This document shows positions 46,825-55,696 of a DNA stretch of 64,000 nt, piece by piece. The DNA is from Rhodothermales bacterium (GTDB lineage Bacteria; Bacteroidota; Rhodothermia; Rhodothermales; VXPQ01), in NCBI GenBank assembly GCA_040904565.1, contig JBBDTI010000031.1:9766-73765 (forward strand), written 5' to 3'. Numbering within the stretch: the first letter of the stretch is position 1; the number at the start of each line of letters is the position of its first letter. The position numbers and the translations under genes were made by a program. The notes beneath the pieces are model-generated. The model worked only from the letters and a program-made list of their open reading frames with translations, did no database searches and was not told the DNA's origin.

Positions 46825-48186
46825 TCACCACGGCAAACTCGAGGTCGGGCGGCCTACCACCCCCTCCATTTCGCGGAATTCCTCGGCATACCGTTTCACC
46901 TCGTCACGTTCGATCACACCCCGTTCGGTCGCGTACGCGTCGATGAGGTCTGCCGGCACGCGTTCGAAGATCTCGGTTCTAACATCTACGCGGTCCGACA
47001 CAAGCCCGACGCTGGAACGATCCGCTCGTTCTTGCTCGGCAGCGACATCTCCGAACCGGCCGTCAAGTTCTCGCTTTACGGCGACGTCCTCGGAGCGGTC
47101 GTCACGTTCTTGCTTCTCGGACGCCTCCCCGGAGCGATCCGATTCATTCGTCGCGAGCAGCTTGTCGAGGGCAACCGCTACATAGACAGGCACGCCCCGA
47201 CCGCGTGCGACGAGTGCGGCCAGGCGTGAGCCTACCTTGTTGACGATCGATCCATCGGGGAGCAGGGTATCGCACCCCAGCAGCACGGCATCGAAGGGCG
47301 GTGCCGAAGCCATGGACGCGTCGGGGATGAGCGTCACGTCGAGCCGTGCCCGATCGAGCCGTCGCGCTACCTCCACACCTTCGCCACCCGGAAGCGAGAC
47401 GGCCACGACGACGCGTGCCCGCGTCGACAGGAGTGCATCCAGCACCGTTCCCGAACGGGAGACCGTAAGCACCGTTGCGCCGCCGATGAACTCGGCTGCC
47501 GCACTCGATGCAGCGTGGTCGGACGAAACGGCTTCCCGAAGCACGGTATGAATACACGCGGCCCGTTCGCCGCCGTCCGGCATCGACGTCAGGCACCGAC
47601 GCATCGCACGGTTGATCCGGTTCCGGACGGCTGCCATGGACGGACGAGCAGCGACCAGTTCCTTCGCGAGCGCTCTAATATGAGTCCGGGAGGAGGCCTC
47701 GGCCGCGCGATCGCGGAGAACTTCGAGCGCCCGCAACGACAGGTAGGCCGAACCGTGTTCACGATCCGTTCGCACGTCAGCTACCGACGGCGCGACGGCC
47801 CGGTACGACCGCCACAGCTCCGGAACGGTCGCCCGCTGCAGTATGTCGGGCGGGGCCGCCCATTCCCCCTCGGTCGACTCTTCATTGAGCGCGGGCTGTC
47901 GCCGGCGCCCGTCGAAGAGGTACGGATGCACCGTCCACGCGATGCCGAGTTCTTTGTCTTCGACGGAGAAGGGGTTGCCGCGTCGGACGAGTTCCACGTC
48001 GGTGAACCCCGTTTCCTCTTCGATCTCGCGACGAGCCGCTTCGTCCGGGTCGCCTTCGGCATGCCCGGCTACGGCTCCCCACCTTCCGGGATAGGACCCC
48101 ACCTCGCTGCTGCGTCGCAGCAGCAGGACCTCGGCCTCGGCTCGAACGAAGCACGTTACGACGTGCCTGACTTCAAGATCGACCAT
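46825..48186 (-). CDS. fusion protein: N-terminal NUDIX hydrolase + C-terminal eIF-2B alpha/beta/delta-family (ribose-1,5-bisphosphate / MTR-1-P isomerase-like) domain
   Basis: The N-terminus has a Nudix box, GAVAGHAEGDPDEAARREIEEETG. The remainder matches the IF-2B family layout (ARPSMAAVRN..., TVLTVSRSGTV, LLGCDTLLPDGSIVNKVGS, VPVYVAV, ...FERVPADLIDAYATERGVI), with an acidic insertion before the last strand block. Confidence 0.8.
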   Translation of the reverse strand: MVDLEVRHVVTCFVRAEAEVLLLRRSSEVGSYPGRWGAVAGHAEGDPDEAARREIEEETGFTDVELVRRGNPFSVEDKELGIAWTVHPYLFDGRRRQPALNEESTEGEWAAPPDILQRATVPELWRSYRAVAPSVADVRTDREHGSAYLSLRALEVLRDRAAEASSRTHIRALAKELVAARPSMAAVRNRINRAMRRCLTSMPDGGERAACIHTVLREAVSSDHAASSAAAEFIGGATVLTVSRSGTVLDALLSTRARVVVAVSLPGGEGVEVARRLDRARLDVTLIPDASMASAPPFDAVLLGCDTLLPDGSIVNKVGSRLAALVARGRGVPVYVAVALDKLLATNESDRSGEASEKQERDDRSEDVAVKRELDGRFGDVAAEQERADRSSVGLVSDRVDVRTEIFERVPADLIDAYATERGVIERDEVKRYAEEFREMEGVVGRPTSSLPW

Positions 48187-48191
48187 ATGCT

Positions 48192-49067
48192 TCAGGCGTC
48201 GATGAAGTGTTCCAGTCGTTTTACCTCATCCTGCGACAGCGTCACGTCGGCCGCCTTCGCCGAATCCGCAATGCTCTCAGGCCGCGACGCGCCTGGGATG
48301 GGGAGGACGACGGGAGATTTCGCTCGCAGCCACGCGAGCGCGATACAGTGTGGGGAACGTTCCCGCGCCTGGGCCATCTCGACGAGCACGTCGTGCTCGC
48401 CGACCCGCTTGGCACGCCGTCGTCCACCGACGGGTCCCCAGGGCAGGAACGTGAGTCCCTCTCGGTCACAGTACTCCAACGTGCCGTCCTCGAGCGGCTT
48501 TCGGTGCCAGAGTGAGAACTGGTTCTGGACGGATACGACGCGGATCACGTTACGAGCACGCTCGATTTCCTCGACGGAGTAGTTCGATACGCCCACATGC
48601 CGGATCAATCCCTCATCGACGGCTTCGCGCACCGGTGCCAGGGAGGCCTCGATGGATACGTCCGGATCCGGTGCGTGATGCTGCCACAGCTGGATGGGTT
48701 TGCCGCCCAGTGCCTCGACGCTCTCGCGGATGGTGCGCCGAAGGTGATCCGGATCACCGTTTCGCGGCCATCCGCCCTCGTGGCGCATCAGTCCGCCTTT
48801 CGTCGCGACGACGACACCGGATCGATCGCCTTCGTACGCCTCTAGGGCTTCCCGAATAAGCCGTTCGTTATGGTGCTTGTCTGGTTCATCCAGACAGTAC
48901 GAGTCGGCCGTATCGATGAATGTAATGCCGCTGTCGAGGGCACGATGCACGACAGAGAGGGCCTGATCGCGCGGCGGCCGTCCATCGATCGAGAGGTGCA
49001 TCCCGCCGAAGCCGATGACACTGACCTCAAGATCCGTATCGCCGATCGTCGTGGTGGGCAGTTTCAT
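48192..49067 (-). CDS. aldo/keto reductase
   Basis: TDLEVSVIGFGGMHLS, FIDTADSYC, IQLWQHH, VGVSNYS. The stop lies only 5 nt before the NUDIX-fusion start. Confidence 0.9.
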   Translation of the reverse strand: MKLPTTTIGDTDLEVSVIGFGGMHLSIDGRPPRDQALSVVHRALDSGITFIDTADSYCLDEPDKHHNERLIREALEAYEGDRSGVVVATKGGLMRHEGGWPRNGDPDHLRRTIRESVEALGGKPIQLWQHHAPDPDVSIEASLAPVREAVDEGLIRHVGVSNYSVEEIERARNVIRVVSVQNQFSLWHRKPLEDGTLEYCDREGLTFLPWGPVGGRRRAKRVGEHDVLVEMAQARERSPHCIALAWLRAKSPVVLPIPGASRPESIADSAKAADVTLSQDEVKRLEHFIDA

Positions 49068-49166
49068 GGTGGGCGTCGTCTCGTTGTTTCGGTTCTCCCG
49101 CGGATTTGGTCGTCTCGCCGTATTGGTCGTTTCGAACGTCCGGCCTCTACTTCTTCAAAACGTCGA

Positions 49167-50048
49167 CTACAGCGCAACGTTCAGCTTCTTCCCCAGAAGC
49201 AGATGCGCCAGGGCATACAGCTCCAGTCCGAATGGAGGATACCCCAGGTATCCCAGGAGGGGCATCTCAAAGAAGTACAGGAATTCGACGCCGGGCGTAC
49301 GATACGTCCATCGCGGGAAGGAGTACATATTCCAGAGCTCCCAGAAGAAGCCGCAGATGAGGGCGCCGAGCGCGAGGGACAGGGCGGGGCGCCAGTCGCA
49401 GCGGTCCAGCGCATCGAAGAGGGAAGGTTGCCCCGTCCACAGGTTAGCGGCCTCGATCAATCCGAAAAGCATCCCCCAGATAAATGGATAGAAGCCGTCC
49501 GGATACATGTAGATAAGCAGGGCCGCAGCGACGCCGGCCGAAAAGGAGGCGGCCGCCGTATGACGGCTGGCTGGTATCCGCGGGCCCGTTCGACGTTCAT
49601 CCACCCACCGAAAGGAACGGACGAGTTCAGCCGTTTCAAACACGGCCGGCATCACCGTCGAAAAGGCTACCGTACAAAGTATGGCATATTCCAGGTCGGA
49701 AAACAGCTCGGCGCCGACGTACGTCCAGTTCTGCGTGTGGAGATTGATCATCTCGAAGAGCCACCAGGCCGGTGCCGATGCGACGAACAGGGCGACGAAA
49801 CCCCTGCGCGAGCGCGACAGGATGGACGCTCCTCGTCGCAGGTGGACGAGCCCGTCGACGGCAAGGATGTAGCCGAGCCACAGCGGGAAGAAGAAGACGT
49901 GGGTACGCGGTCCGTCGACCGTCCAGTTCAGCGCCCAGAACGCCAGGACCAGGGCCGCGCCGGCCCAGCCGTGAACGGGAAACCGGTGCTCGGCGACGCG
50001 TTGGGGGTCCGGAGCAGAAGACACGGGTCTATTCGATCCGTTTCTCAA
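49167..50048 (-). CDS. hypothetical polytopic membrane protein with internal duplication
   Basis: About 8 hydrophobic segments. It has a repeated motif W(W/E)LFEMINLHTQNWTY / FWELWNMYSFPRWTY. The track start is TTG at 50048, overlapping the GNAT stop by 20 nt; an in-frame GTG at 50024 is an alternative. Confidence 0.6.
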   Translation of the reverse strand: MRNGSNRPVSSAPDPQRVAEHRFPVHGWAGAALVLAFWALNWTVDGPRTHVFFFPLWLGYILAVDGLVHLRRGASILSRSRRGFVALFVASAPAWWLFEMINLHTQNWTYVGAELFSDLEYAILCTVAFSTVMPAVFETAELVRSFRWVDERRTGPRIPASRHTAAASFSAGVAAALLIYMYPDGFYPFIWGMLFGLIEAANLWTGQPSLFDALDRCDWRPALSLALGALICGFFWELWNMYSFPRWTYRTPGVEFLYFFEMPLLGYLGYPPFGLELYALAHLLLGKKLNVAL

Positions 50049-51168
50049 ACATCGCGTATTCCTTGTCTACGACGCCCCCGAACGATTCGAGCGCGTTGCG
50101 GAGCCGCTTGTTGCTGTCGAGCACCCAGCTCATCTCGCTTGCATCGTAGCCGTTCCGGGGGCCTTCCTGAATGACGGCCAGATTGAGGACGGCATCCAGC
50201 CCGCGGCCCTGGTATTCGCGGAGCACGCCCATGAGCGGCGTCCGGCACTCGTAGAGTCCACCCCACTTCGCATAGGCAAGCATCTTCGGCAGCCCGAACG
50301 GCAGCAGGCGACCGTCGTCGACGTGCCGGAGCAGCTGGTTTATGTTTGGGAGGGAGATCGAGAAGGCGACGGGCCGTCCCGCATCCTCCAGGATAAAGAC
50401 GATGTTCGGGTCGACGATCTGCTTCATCTCGCCGGCGAGCTGCCCGAATTCGCCTTCCGTCATCGGAACGTGCCCCCAATTGTTCGACCAGGCGTCGTTG
50501 TAGATGTGGAGAATGGTCCTGGCTTCTTCCTCGAACCGGTCCATATCGATCGTCCGAACGCGGATGCCCGGGTTGCGCTGCTTGACGATTTCCACGCCGC
50601 GTTCCAGCCTCTCCGTCGACGCGTACTTCTTGTGGATGTAATACGCCCACATCGTCATGGCGCGTTCGAATCCGTGGCGCTCCAGGAAGGCCTCGTAATA
50701 CGGCGCGTTGTAGGGCATGAGCACGGACGGTTCGCGATCGAATCCACCTACGAGGAGTCCGGCCGTGTCGTTTAGAGACGGGTTCGCGGGGCCTCGTACC
50801 CCGGTGAGGCCTTCGCTCCTGAGGCGCTCGATGGCCGCGTCGAGGAGCGCTTCCGCTACGGCATAGTCGTCGATGGTTTCGAAAAAACCGAAGAAACCGT
50901 TACCATCGTCGTATTTCTGCAGGTGCATGCCGTTGACGACGGCAGCGATGCGGCCCACCACGCGACCGCTCGCATCTTCGGCAAGCATCGAGTGGATGGC
51001 GCTGTGTTCGAAAAAGGCGTTCTTCCTGGGATTCAAGACACGGCGCACGTCACGCCGGAGGGGTGCGACCCAGGCGGGATAGTCGCGGTAGAGATCATAC
51101 TGGAAATCAATGAACCGCTTAAGGTCTTTCTTCGAGGAGACCGGGCGGACCGTTACGCGTGTCGACAT
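50029..51168 (-). CDS. GNAT-fold acyltransferase-like protein (~379 aa family)
   Basis: MSTRVTVRPVSSKKDLKRFIDFQYDLYRDYPAWVAPL..., and a C-terminal acyl-CoA N-acyltransferase-like core (VLREYQGRGLDAVL). Its function is unknown. Confidence 0.7.
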   Translation of the reverse strand: MSTRVTVRPVSSKKDLKRFIDFQYDLYRDYPAWVAPLRRDVRRVLNPRKNAFFEHSAIHSMLAEDASGRVVGRIAAVVNGMHLQKYDDGNGFFGFFETIDDYAVAEALLDAAIERLRSEGLTGVRGPANPSLNDTAGLLVGGFDREPSVLMPYNAPYYEAFLERHGFERAMTMWAYYIHKKYASTERLERGVEIVKQRNPGIRVRTIDMDRFEEEARTILHIYNDAWSNNWGHVPMTEGEFGQLAGEMKQIVDPNIVFILEDAGRPVAFSISLPNINQLLRHVDDGRLLPFGLPKMLAYAKWGGLYECRTPLMGVLREYQGRGLDAVLNLAVIQEGPRNGYDASEMSWVLDSNKRLRNALESFGGVVDKEYAMFEKRIE

Positions 51169-51281
51169 GAATGGCAGATCGGTGAGCGATGTGAAGCGCG
51201 TCCCGAAATGAAGACGCGCCCTATGAAGATAGGAAGGGACGTACAGCGGGTCGAGGAAGCCGATCGCGATGGGCGTCCTGT

Positions 51282-52574
51282 CTAGACGGCCCCGTTATTA
51301 CTGATGATTCCGTGCTTGCGGCCTACGCGTTTGAATGCCTCAAGGATGAAGTCGAGCTCGTCGTTCGTGTGCGTCGCCATATAGGAGGTGCGCATCAGGG
51401 ACTGACCCTGCGGCACGGCCGGTGGAACGACGGCGTTGACGAATACACCCTCTTCCAGGAGGTCGCGCCAGAATTTGAAGCACGTCATCATGTCACCGAT
51501 GACCACCGGAATGATCGGCGTCTGGCTCGTCCACACATTGAATCCCAGGTCACGAAAGCCCTCACGCATATAGTCTGAGATCTCCCAGAGCCTGTCGAGT
51601 CGTTCCGGCTCACTTTCCAGGATATCGAGACACTTGATGACCGTCGCCACGTTAGCGGGCGGCATGGAGGCGCTGAAGACGTGTGTAGAGCTGCGATGCC
51701 GGATGAACTCGATCACGTCCCGATCGCCGACGCAGAATCCTCCCAGTGAGGCGAAGCTCTTGGAGAACGTGCCCGTCACGAGATGCACGTGATCGTCGAG
51801 GTCGTGATAGGCCGCCGACCCACGGCCCCCGGGCCCGATGACGCCGCATGCATGGGCATCGTCGAGCATCAGCGCGGCACCGAACTCTTCGGCCAGCCCC
51901 ACGAGTTCGGGTACCTTCGCGATAACCCCGCTCATCGAGAACACGCCGTCGGTGACGATGAGCTTTCCGGCATCCGGGCGATCGTCGTGCACCTTTTTCA
52001 TCTGGTGGCGCAGATGGTTCATGTCGTTGTGCCGGTAGCGCAGCGTTTCCGCGTGGCTGACCTGCGTTCCCGCCACGATACATGCGTGGTTGTCCTTGTC
52101 GGAAAAGATGAAGTCCCCCTTGCCGGTTACGGCCTGAATGACGCCCTCGTTCGTCATGTATCCTGTCGAAAACAGGACGCAGGCGTCGCGGCCCATGAAG
52201 GCGGCCAAACGCTCTTCGAGTTCGATGTGGAGGTCCAGTGTGCCGTTCAAGAACCGGCTTCCCGTGCAGCCCGTGCCGTACTGTTTGATCGCCTTTGCGG
52301 CCGCCTCCTGGACGCGCGGGTCGGACGTCAGGCCCAGGTAGTTGTTCGATCCGGCCATGATGATTTCACGGCCGTTCATAATGGCGCGCGATCCCTCATT
52401 TCGCTCGATCTGGCGGAAATACGGATACAGATCTGCCTTCTTGACCTGTGCGTAGTCCCCGGATTCATCGAAGAACCGGTGGCACTTATCGAAAAGTGTC
52501 GGTTCGCCTCGCAGCGTTTGAACGTCCGACGGCGGCGTGCCGTCGTCCTCCTTGTGAAAGTCAGGCGTCGTCAT
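51282..52574 (-). CDS. alpha-oxoamine synthase, serine palmitoyltransferase-like (PLP-dependent)
   Basis: The start is taken at ATG 52574 (MTTPDFHKEDD...). Signatures: SNNYLGLTSDPRV, DKDNHACIV, DDAHACG, and the PLP lysine context TGTFSKSFASLGG. The long N-terminal extension (LYPYFRQIE) is typical of SPT/cysteate-acyltransferase-type enzymes rather than BioF. Confidence 0.85.
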   Translation of the reverse strand: MTTPDFHKEDDGTPPSDVQTLRGEPTLFDKCHRFFDESGDYAQVKKADLYPYFRQIERNEGSRAIMNGREIIMAGSNNYLGLTSDPRVQEAAAKAIKQYGTGCTGSRFLNGTLDLHIELEERLAAFMGRDACVLFSTGYMTNEGVIQAVTGKGDFIFSDKDNHACIVAGTQVSHAETLRYRHNDMNHLRHQMKKVHDDRPDAGKLIVTDGVFSMSGVIAKVPELVGLAEEFGAALMLDDAHACGVIGPGGRGSAAYHDLDDHVHLVTGTFSKSFASLGGFCVGDRDVIEFIRHRSSTHVFSASMPPANVATVIKCLDILESEPERLDRLWEISDYMREGFRDLGFNVWTSQTPIIPVVIGDMMTCFKFWRDLLEEGVFVNAVVPPAVPQGQSLMRTSYMATHTNDELDFILEAFKRVGRKHGIISNNGAV

Positions 52575-52705
52575 GTTCGACTCGAGGGTGATGCTGGGAG
52601 GGTAGCGGTGAAGGTGCGAGAAGAACAATTCTTACGAGCAAGGGCACCCTAAGTGCTGGAGACCATGCGGTTAGCAGGTATAATATGCAATATCTTGCTC
52701 GCATC

Positions 52706-53851
52706 TTAATCGAACCTTCCTGTCGACGGCGTAACGCCGGCGGCGGAAGCGTCTCGCTTCCGTGCACGCGGCGGAGTTGATACGGCGGTGTGTCGCGAAA
52801 GGACTCCTTCGATCGCTTCGACAGCGTGATCGTTTCCGCAGGTAGCGTGGGCCTCGAGTCGTTCCTCGAAGGTGGAGTGACCGTCCAGAAAGGAGGTCAC
52901 GTCCTCCTCCGTTAGCGGGCGGTCGATGACGGCCTCACCGAGACCCTCACGTTTCAGAAAGAGTGCATTGAGCGTTTGTTCGAAGATCCCGCGGTTGGGA
53001 ACGACCAGCAGGGGTTTGCCCAGAAACAACGTTTCGCTCGTCAGCGTGAAGCCCGCCGTCGAGATGACGCCGCGGCTCGATGCCAGATCGCTGAGGAATT
53101 CGTCGATACACGGTTCCTTGAATCGGACGTTCGGGTAACGGTGGCCTCCGCCGGGCGGGTCGAAGTTATATGCGACGAACGGTGCGTCTACGTTTCGCAG
53201 CGTGCGAAGCACGTGTTCGGCGCCGTCCGTGTGATTGTAGTATACAAGGATGTGTTCGCCGCGCGTCGGGACGAGGTTCTGAACCGCCGGTCGGATGATC
53301 GGAGGCACGAGCTTTACGCGATCGGGGCGGCGCAGGGGTGGATAAAAGAAAGAAGTGATGAGCGTGAGCTCTGGAGAGGGCGGGACGATCAATCGGATGA
53401 CGAGTCCCGTGAGGCCGGCTCCCCATCGATACTGCCAATCGAGACGGTACCTGGTTTCCGTTACAATCTGCTGGTGATTGAACGAAACCACGGGGACCCC
53501 GAGGCGGTCGGCCGCGCGGTGAGAGAACGCCTCGAAATCGGTGATGACCAGGTCGGGATCGACGATCGCGAACGTATCAGCGAGATCCGTCACGATCCGA
53601 TCCAGATGAACGATCGAATCCCAGTTGGCATGGACGGTCTGAAAGATGCACACCTTGTTTCCCTCCATCACCTGTCTAAGTGACGGCACCTCAATGACCG
53701 CCTCATCCTTCATCGTAAGAATGTCTCGGGACGTACCGCCGCAGCAGAACACGATCTCGTGGCCGCGTGCCCGCAGCGCATCGGACACCGCCATGACGCG
53801 CGACGCATGTCCCCGACCCTGTCCACTTAAAGCGTAAATGATTCTAGCCAT
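52706..53851 (-). CDS. GT-B glycosyltransferase (MGT / TIGR00661-like)
   Basis: The start is taken at ATG 53851 (MARIIYALSGQGRGHASRVMAVSDALRARGHEIVF). The C-terminal half carries the donor-binding pattern (ISTAGFTLTSETLFLGKPLLVVP). Confidence 0.75.
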   Translation of the reverse strand: MARIIYALSGQGRGHASRVMAVSDALRARGHEIVFCCGGTSRDILTMKDEAVIEVPSLRQVMEGNKVCIFQTVHANWDSIVHLDRIVTDLADTFAIVDPDLVITDFEAFSHRAADRLGVPVVSFNHQQIVTETRYRLDWQYRWGAGLTGLVIRLIVPPSPELTLITSFFYPPLRRPDRVKLVPPIIRPAVQNLVPTRGEHILVYYNHTDGAEHVLRTLRNVDAPFVAYNFDPPGGGHRYPNVRFKEPCIDEFLSDLASSRGVISTAGFTLTSETLFLGKPLLVVPNRGIFEQTLNALFLKREGLGEAVIDRPLTEEDVTSFLDGHSTFEERLEAHATCGNDHAVEAIEGVLSRHTAVSTPPRARKRDASAAGVTPSTGRFD

Positions 53852-54125
53852 ATATATCCGGGGCTCTACGTGGCGGCAGGACCGTTCGAGTGCTCCTCTT
53901 CGTGTGGCGTGTCCGGATAAAAAAGAGGCGGACTGTCTTTCCAGAGATGACCCTCCAGAGACGATCCGCCATCCATACGCCAAATGTTACGGTTTCCCAA
54001 TTATAAAGGTTCGAATCCCCACCGGGCGTCCGGCTGCACTCTCGAGCAGCCGACGGGGTGTGACGCGCCCGGATGGATCATCGCATGTATCATCGCGCGT
54101 GTGGCCGTGGGGATGATGCCGGCCG

Positions 54126-54749
54126 TCACGGCCTCAGTCGCAGGCTTGCGGCAAATCCGCCAACGGCGGGACGTACCGACAACGACAGGTCTTCACCGAC
54201 GTCGAAGTCGAGGAGATGGGCGCTGACGTAGGCATCAAGTATCGAGAGCCCATAAAATAAGCCGCTGCCAATGTACAAAAGGTCACGGTTTCGCCGAAGA
54301 TTGTCGCGATTCTGCCGGAAGAGTGTGCTCAGGCGACCCTGAATGCCGTCGGCATCTTCCGGCGTCAGCCCCAGGTCGGATATGAGATCCAGATAGTCGT
54401 CTTCATAGGACGTCGGCACGTCGATGGTGGCCGACTCACGGACGATCCAGAGATACGCGTGGCGATATCGCAGGTACCGATGGTTGACGAAAAGCGCCGA
54501 TCCGGCGAAACCTGCCAGCCCGCCCCATACGACGGGCAACTTGTAGTACTGGTGATTGTAGAGCTGTCCCCAGCCCGGGGCCGCGGCAGCCCGCCACAGG
54601 GCACCGCGAGGGGAATGGTCGGCCGGCAGAGAGGAGTCCGCCGTGTCGCCGATCGATTCCTGCTGGGCAACCGACGATCGAACGACCAGGAATGAGGTCG
54701 CCGCGACCGCCACCACGGCGATGCGCAGGACGACGATCCGCTTCCGCAC
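54126..54749 (-). CDS. DUF5683 domain membrane protein
   Basis: The GTG start at 54749 lies 2 nt after the parB stop. VRKRIVVLRIAVVAVAATSFLVV is a signal/TM segment. The motif PGWGQLYNHQYYKLPVVWGGLAGF is present. The conserved parA-parB-DUF5683 order of Bacteroidota-type genomes is kept. The upstream part of the track ORF overlaps parB and was dropped. Confidence 0.7.
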   Translation of the reverse strand: MRKRIVVLRIAVVAVAATSFLVVRSSVAQQESIGDTADSSLPADHSPRGALWRAAAAPGWGQLYNHQYYKLPVVWGGLAGFAGSALFVNHRYLRYRHAYLWIVRESATIDVPTSYEDDYLDLISDLGLTPEDADGIQGRLSTLFRQNRDNLRRNRDLLYIGSGLFYGLSILDAYVSAHLLDFDVGEDLSLSVRPAVGGFAASLRLRP

Positions 54750-54751
54750 GG

Positions 54752-55675
54752 CTATTCCTCTAGGATCAGTTCGAGTAACCGTTCGAGATCTTCGTTGGAA
54801 TAGTACTCGATTTCGATGTGTCCCCCGTCGCTCTTGTGTCGAATCTTGACCTGCGTACTCAAGAAATTTCGGAGTCGGGTCGTATAGTTTCTCACTTGAA
54901 GCGAATCCCTGTCCACCAATTCCCGCCCTGTAGGTTCGGTCTGTTTCGGCGGTTCGGTAGCCTCTTCCTGCGCTCGATGCCATCGGCGCACCTTCTTTTC
55001 AACGTCTCGAACGGACAGATCCTGGTCCTCTATCTCTTCGATCAGGCGTTGCTGAACGTCTTCGTCGTCGACGTTTATCAGCGCACGGGCATGTCCGACC
55101 GATACCATCCCGTCTCGCAGACTGGCCTGGATCCGCGCCGGGAGTTTCAGCAAGCGCAGGAAGTTGGCGATCGTGGCGCGCCCCTTTCCGACCTTCTCCG
55201 CCACGCCTTCCTGCGTGAGGCTGCATTCGTCGATAAGCCGCTGGTATCCGAGGGCGACCTCGATAGGATTCAACTCTTCGCGCTGGATATTTTCGACGAT
55301 GGCCATCTCGAGCATTTCTTCGGAGTCGGCCTCGCGCACGTAGGCAGGAATGCGGCTTAAGCCGGCTCTGCGCGCGGCGCGGAGGCGACGTTCCCCGGAG
55401 ATGATCTCGAAGCCGTCCTCTGTCGTGCGCACCGTGATGGGCTGGATTACCCCGAGCTGCTTGATGGACTCCGCCAGCTCGTCGAGAGCCGAATCGTTGA
55501 AATCCTTTCGCGGCTGGTAGGGGTTCGGCCGTACGAGAGATACGTCGACCTGAGCGACGCGACCGGCGAGGCGGTCGCGGCTGGTTCGCCGAGGCGCTTC
55601 CTGCTCGTCGTCCTCCTCGTCTGACGGAAGGATTGCGCTCAGGCCGCGTCCCAGTGCTGCTTTTTTCGATGCCAT
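54752..55675 (-). CDS. parB: chromosome partitioning protein ParB
   Basis: LGRGLSAILP, VRPNPYQPRK, IQPITVR, ISGERRLRAA and an HTH (LTQEGVAEKVGKGRATIANFLRLL). Confidence 0.95.
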   Translation of the reverse strand: MASKKAALGRGLSAILPSDEEDDEQEAPRRTSRDRLAGRVAQVDVSLVRPNPYQPRKDFNDSALDELAESIKQLGVIQPITVRTTEDGFEIISGERRLRAARRAGLSRIPAYVREADSEEMLEMAIVENIQREELNPIEVALGYQRLIDECSLTQEGVAEKVGKGRATIANFLRLLKLPARIQASLRDGMVSVGHARALINVDDEDVQQRLIEEIEDQDLSVRDVEKKVRRWHRAQEEATEPPKQTEPTGRELVDRDSLQVRNYTTRLRNFLSTQVKIRHKSDGGHIEIEYYSNEDLERLLELILEE

Positions 55676-55696
55676 GCTCGTAGGTGTGTCTAAGGC

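Noticed and set aside
54008-54031. tRNA-like 3' fragment GGTTCGAATCCCCACCGGGCGTCC (T-loop plus acceptor-like sequence); possible att site or tRNA
   Set aside because: The upstream sequence cannot form the T-stem (AAAGG against CCCCA) or the rest of a cloverleaf. I found no second copy in the window that would mark an integrated element, and there is no integrase nearby. It is probably a chance match or an old remnant.
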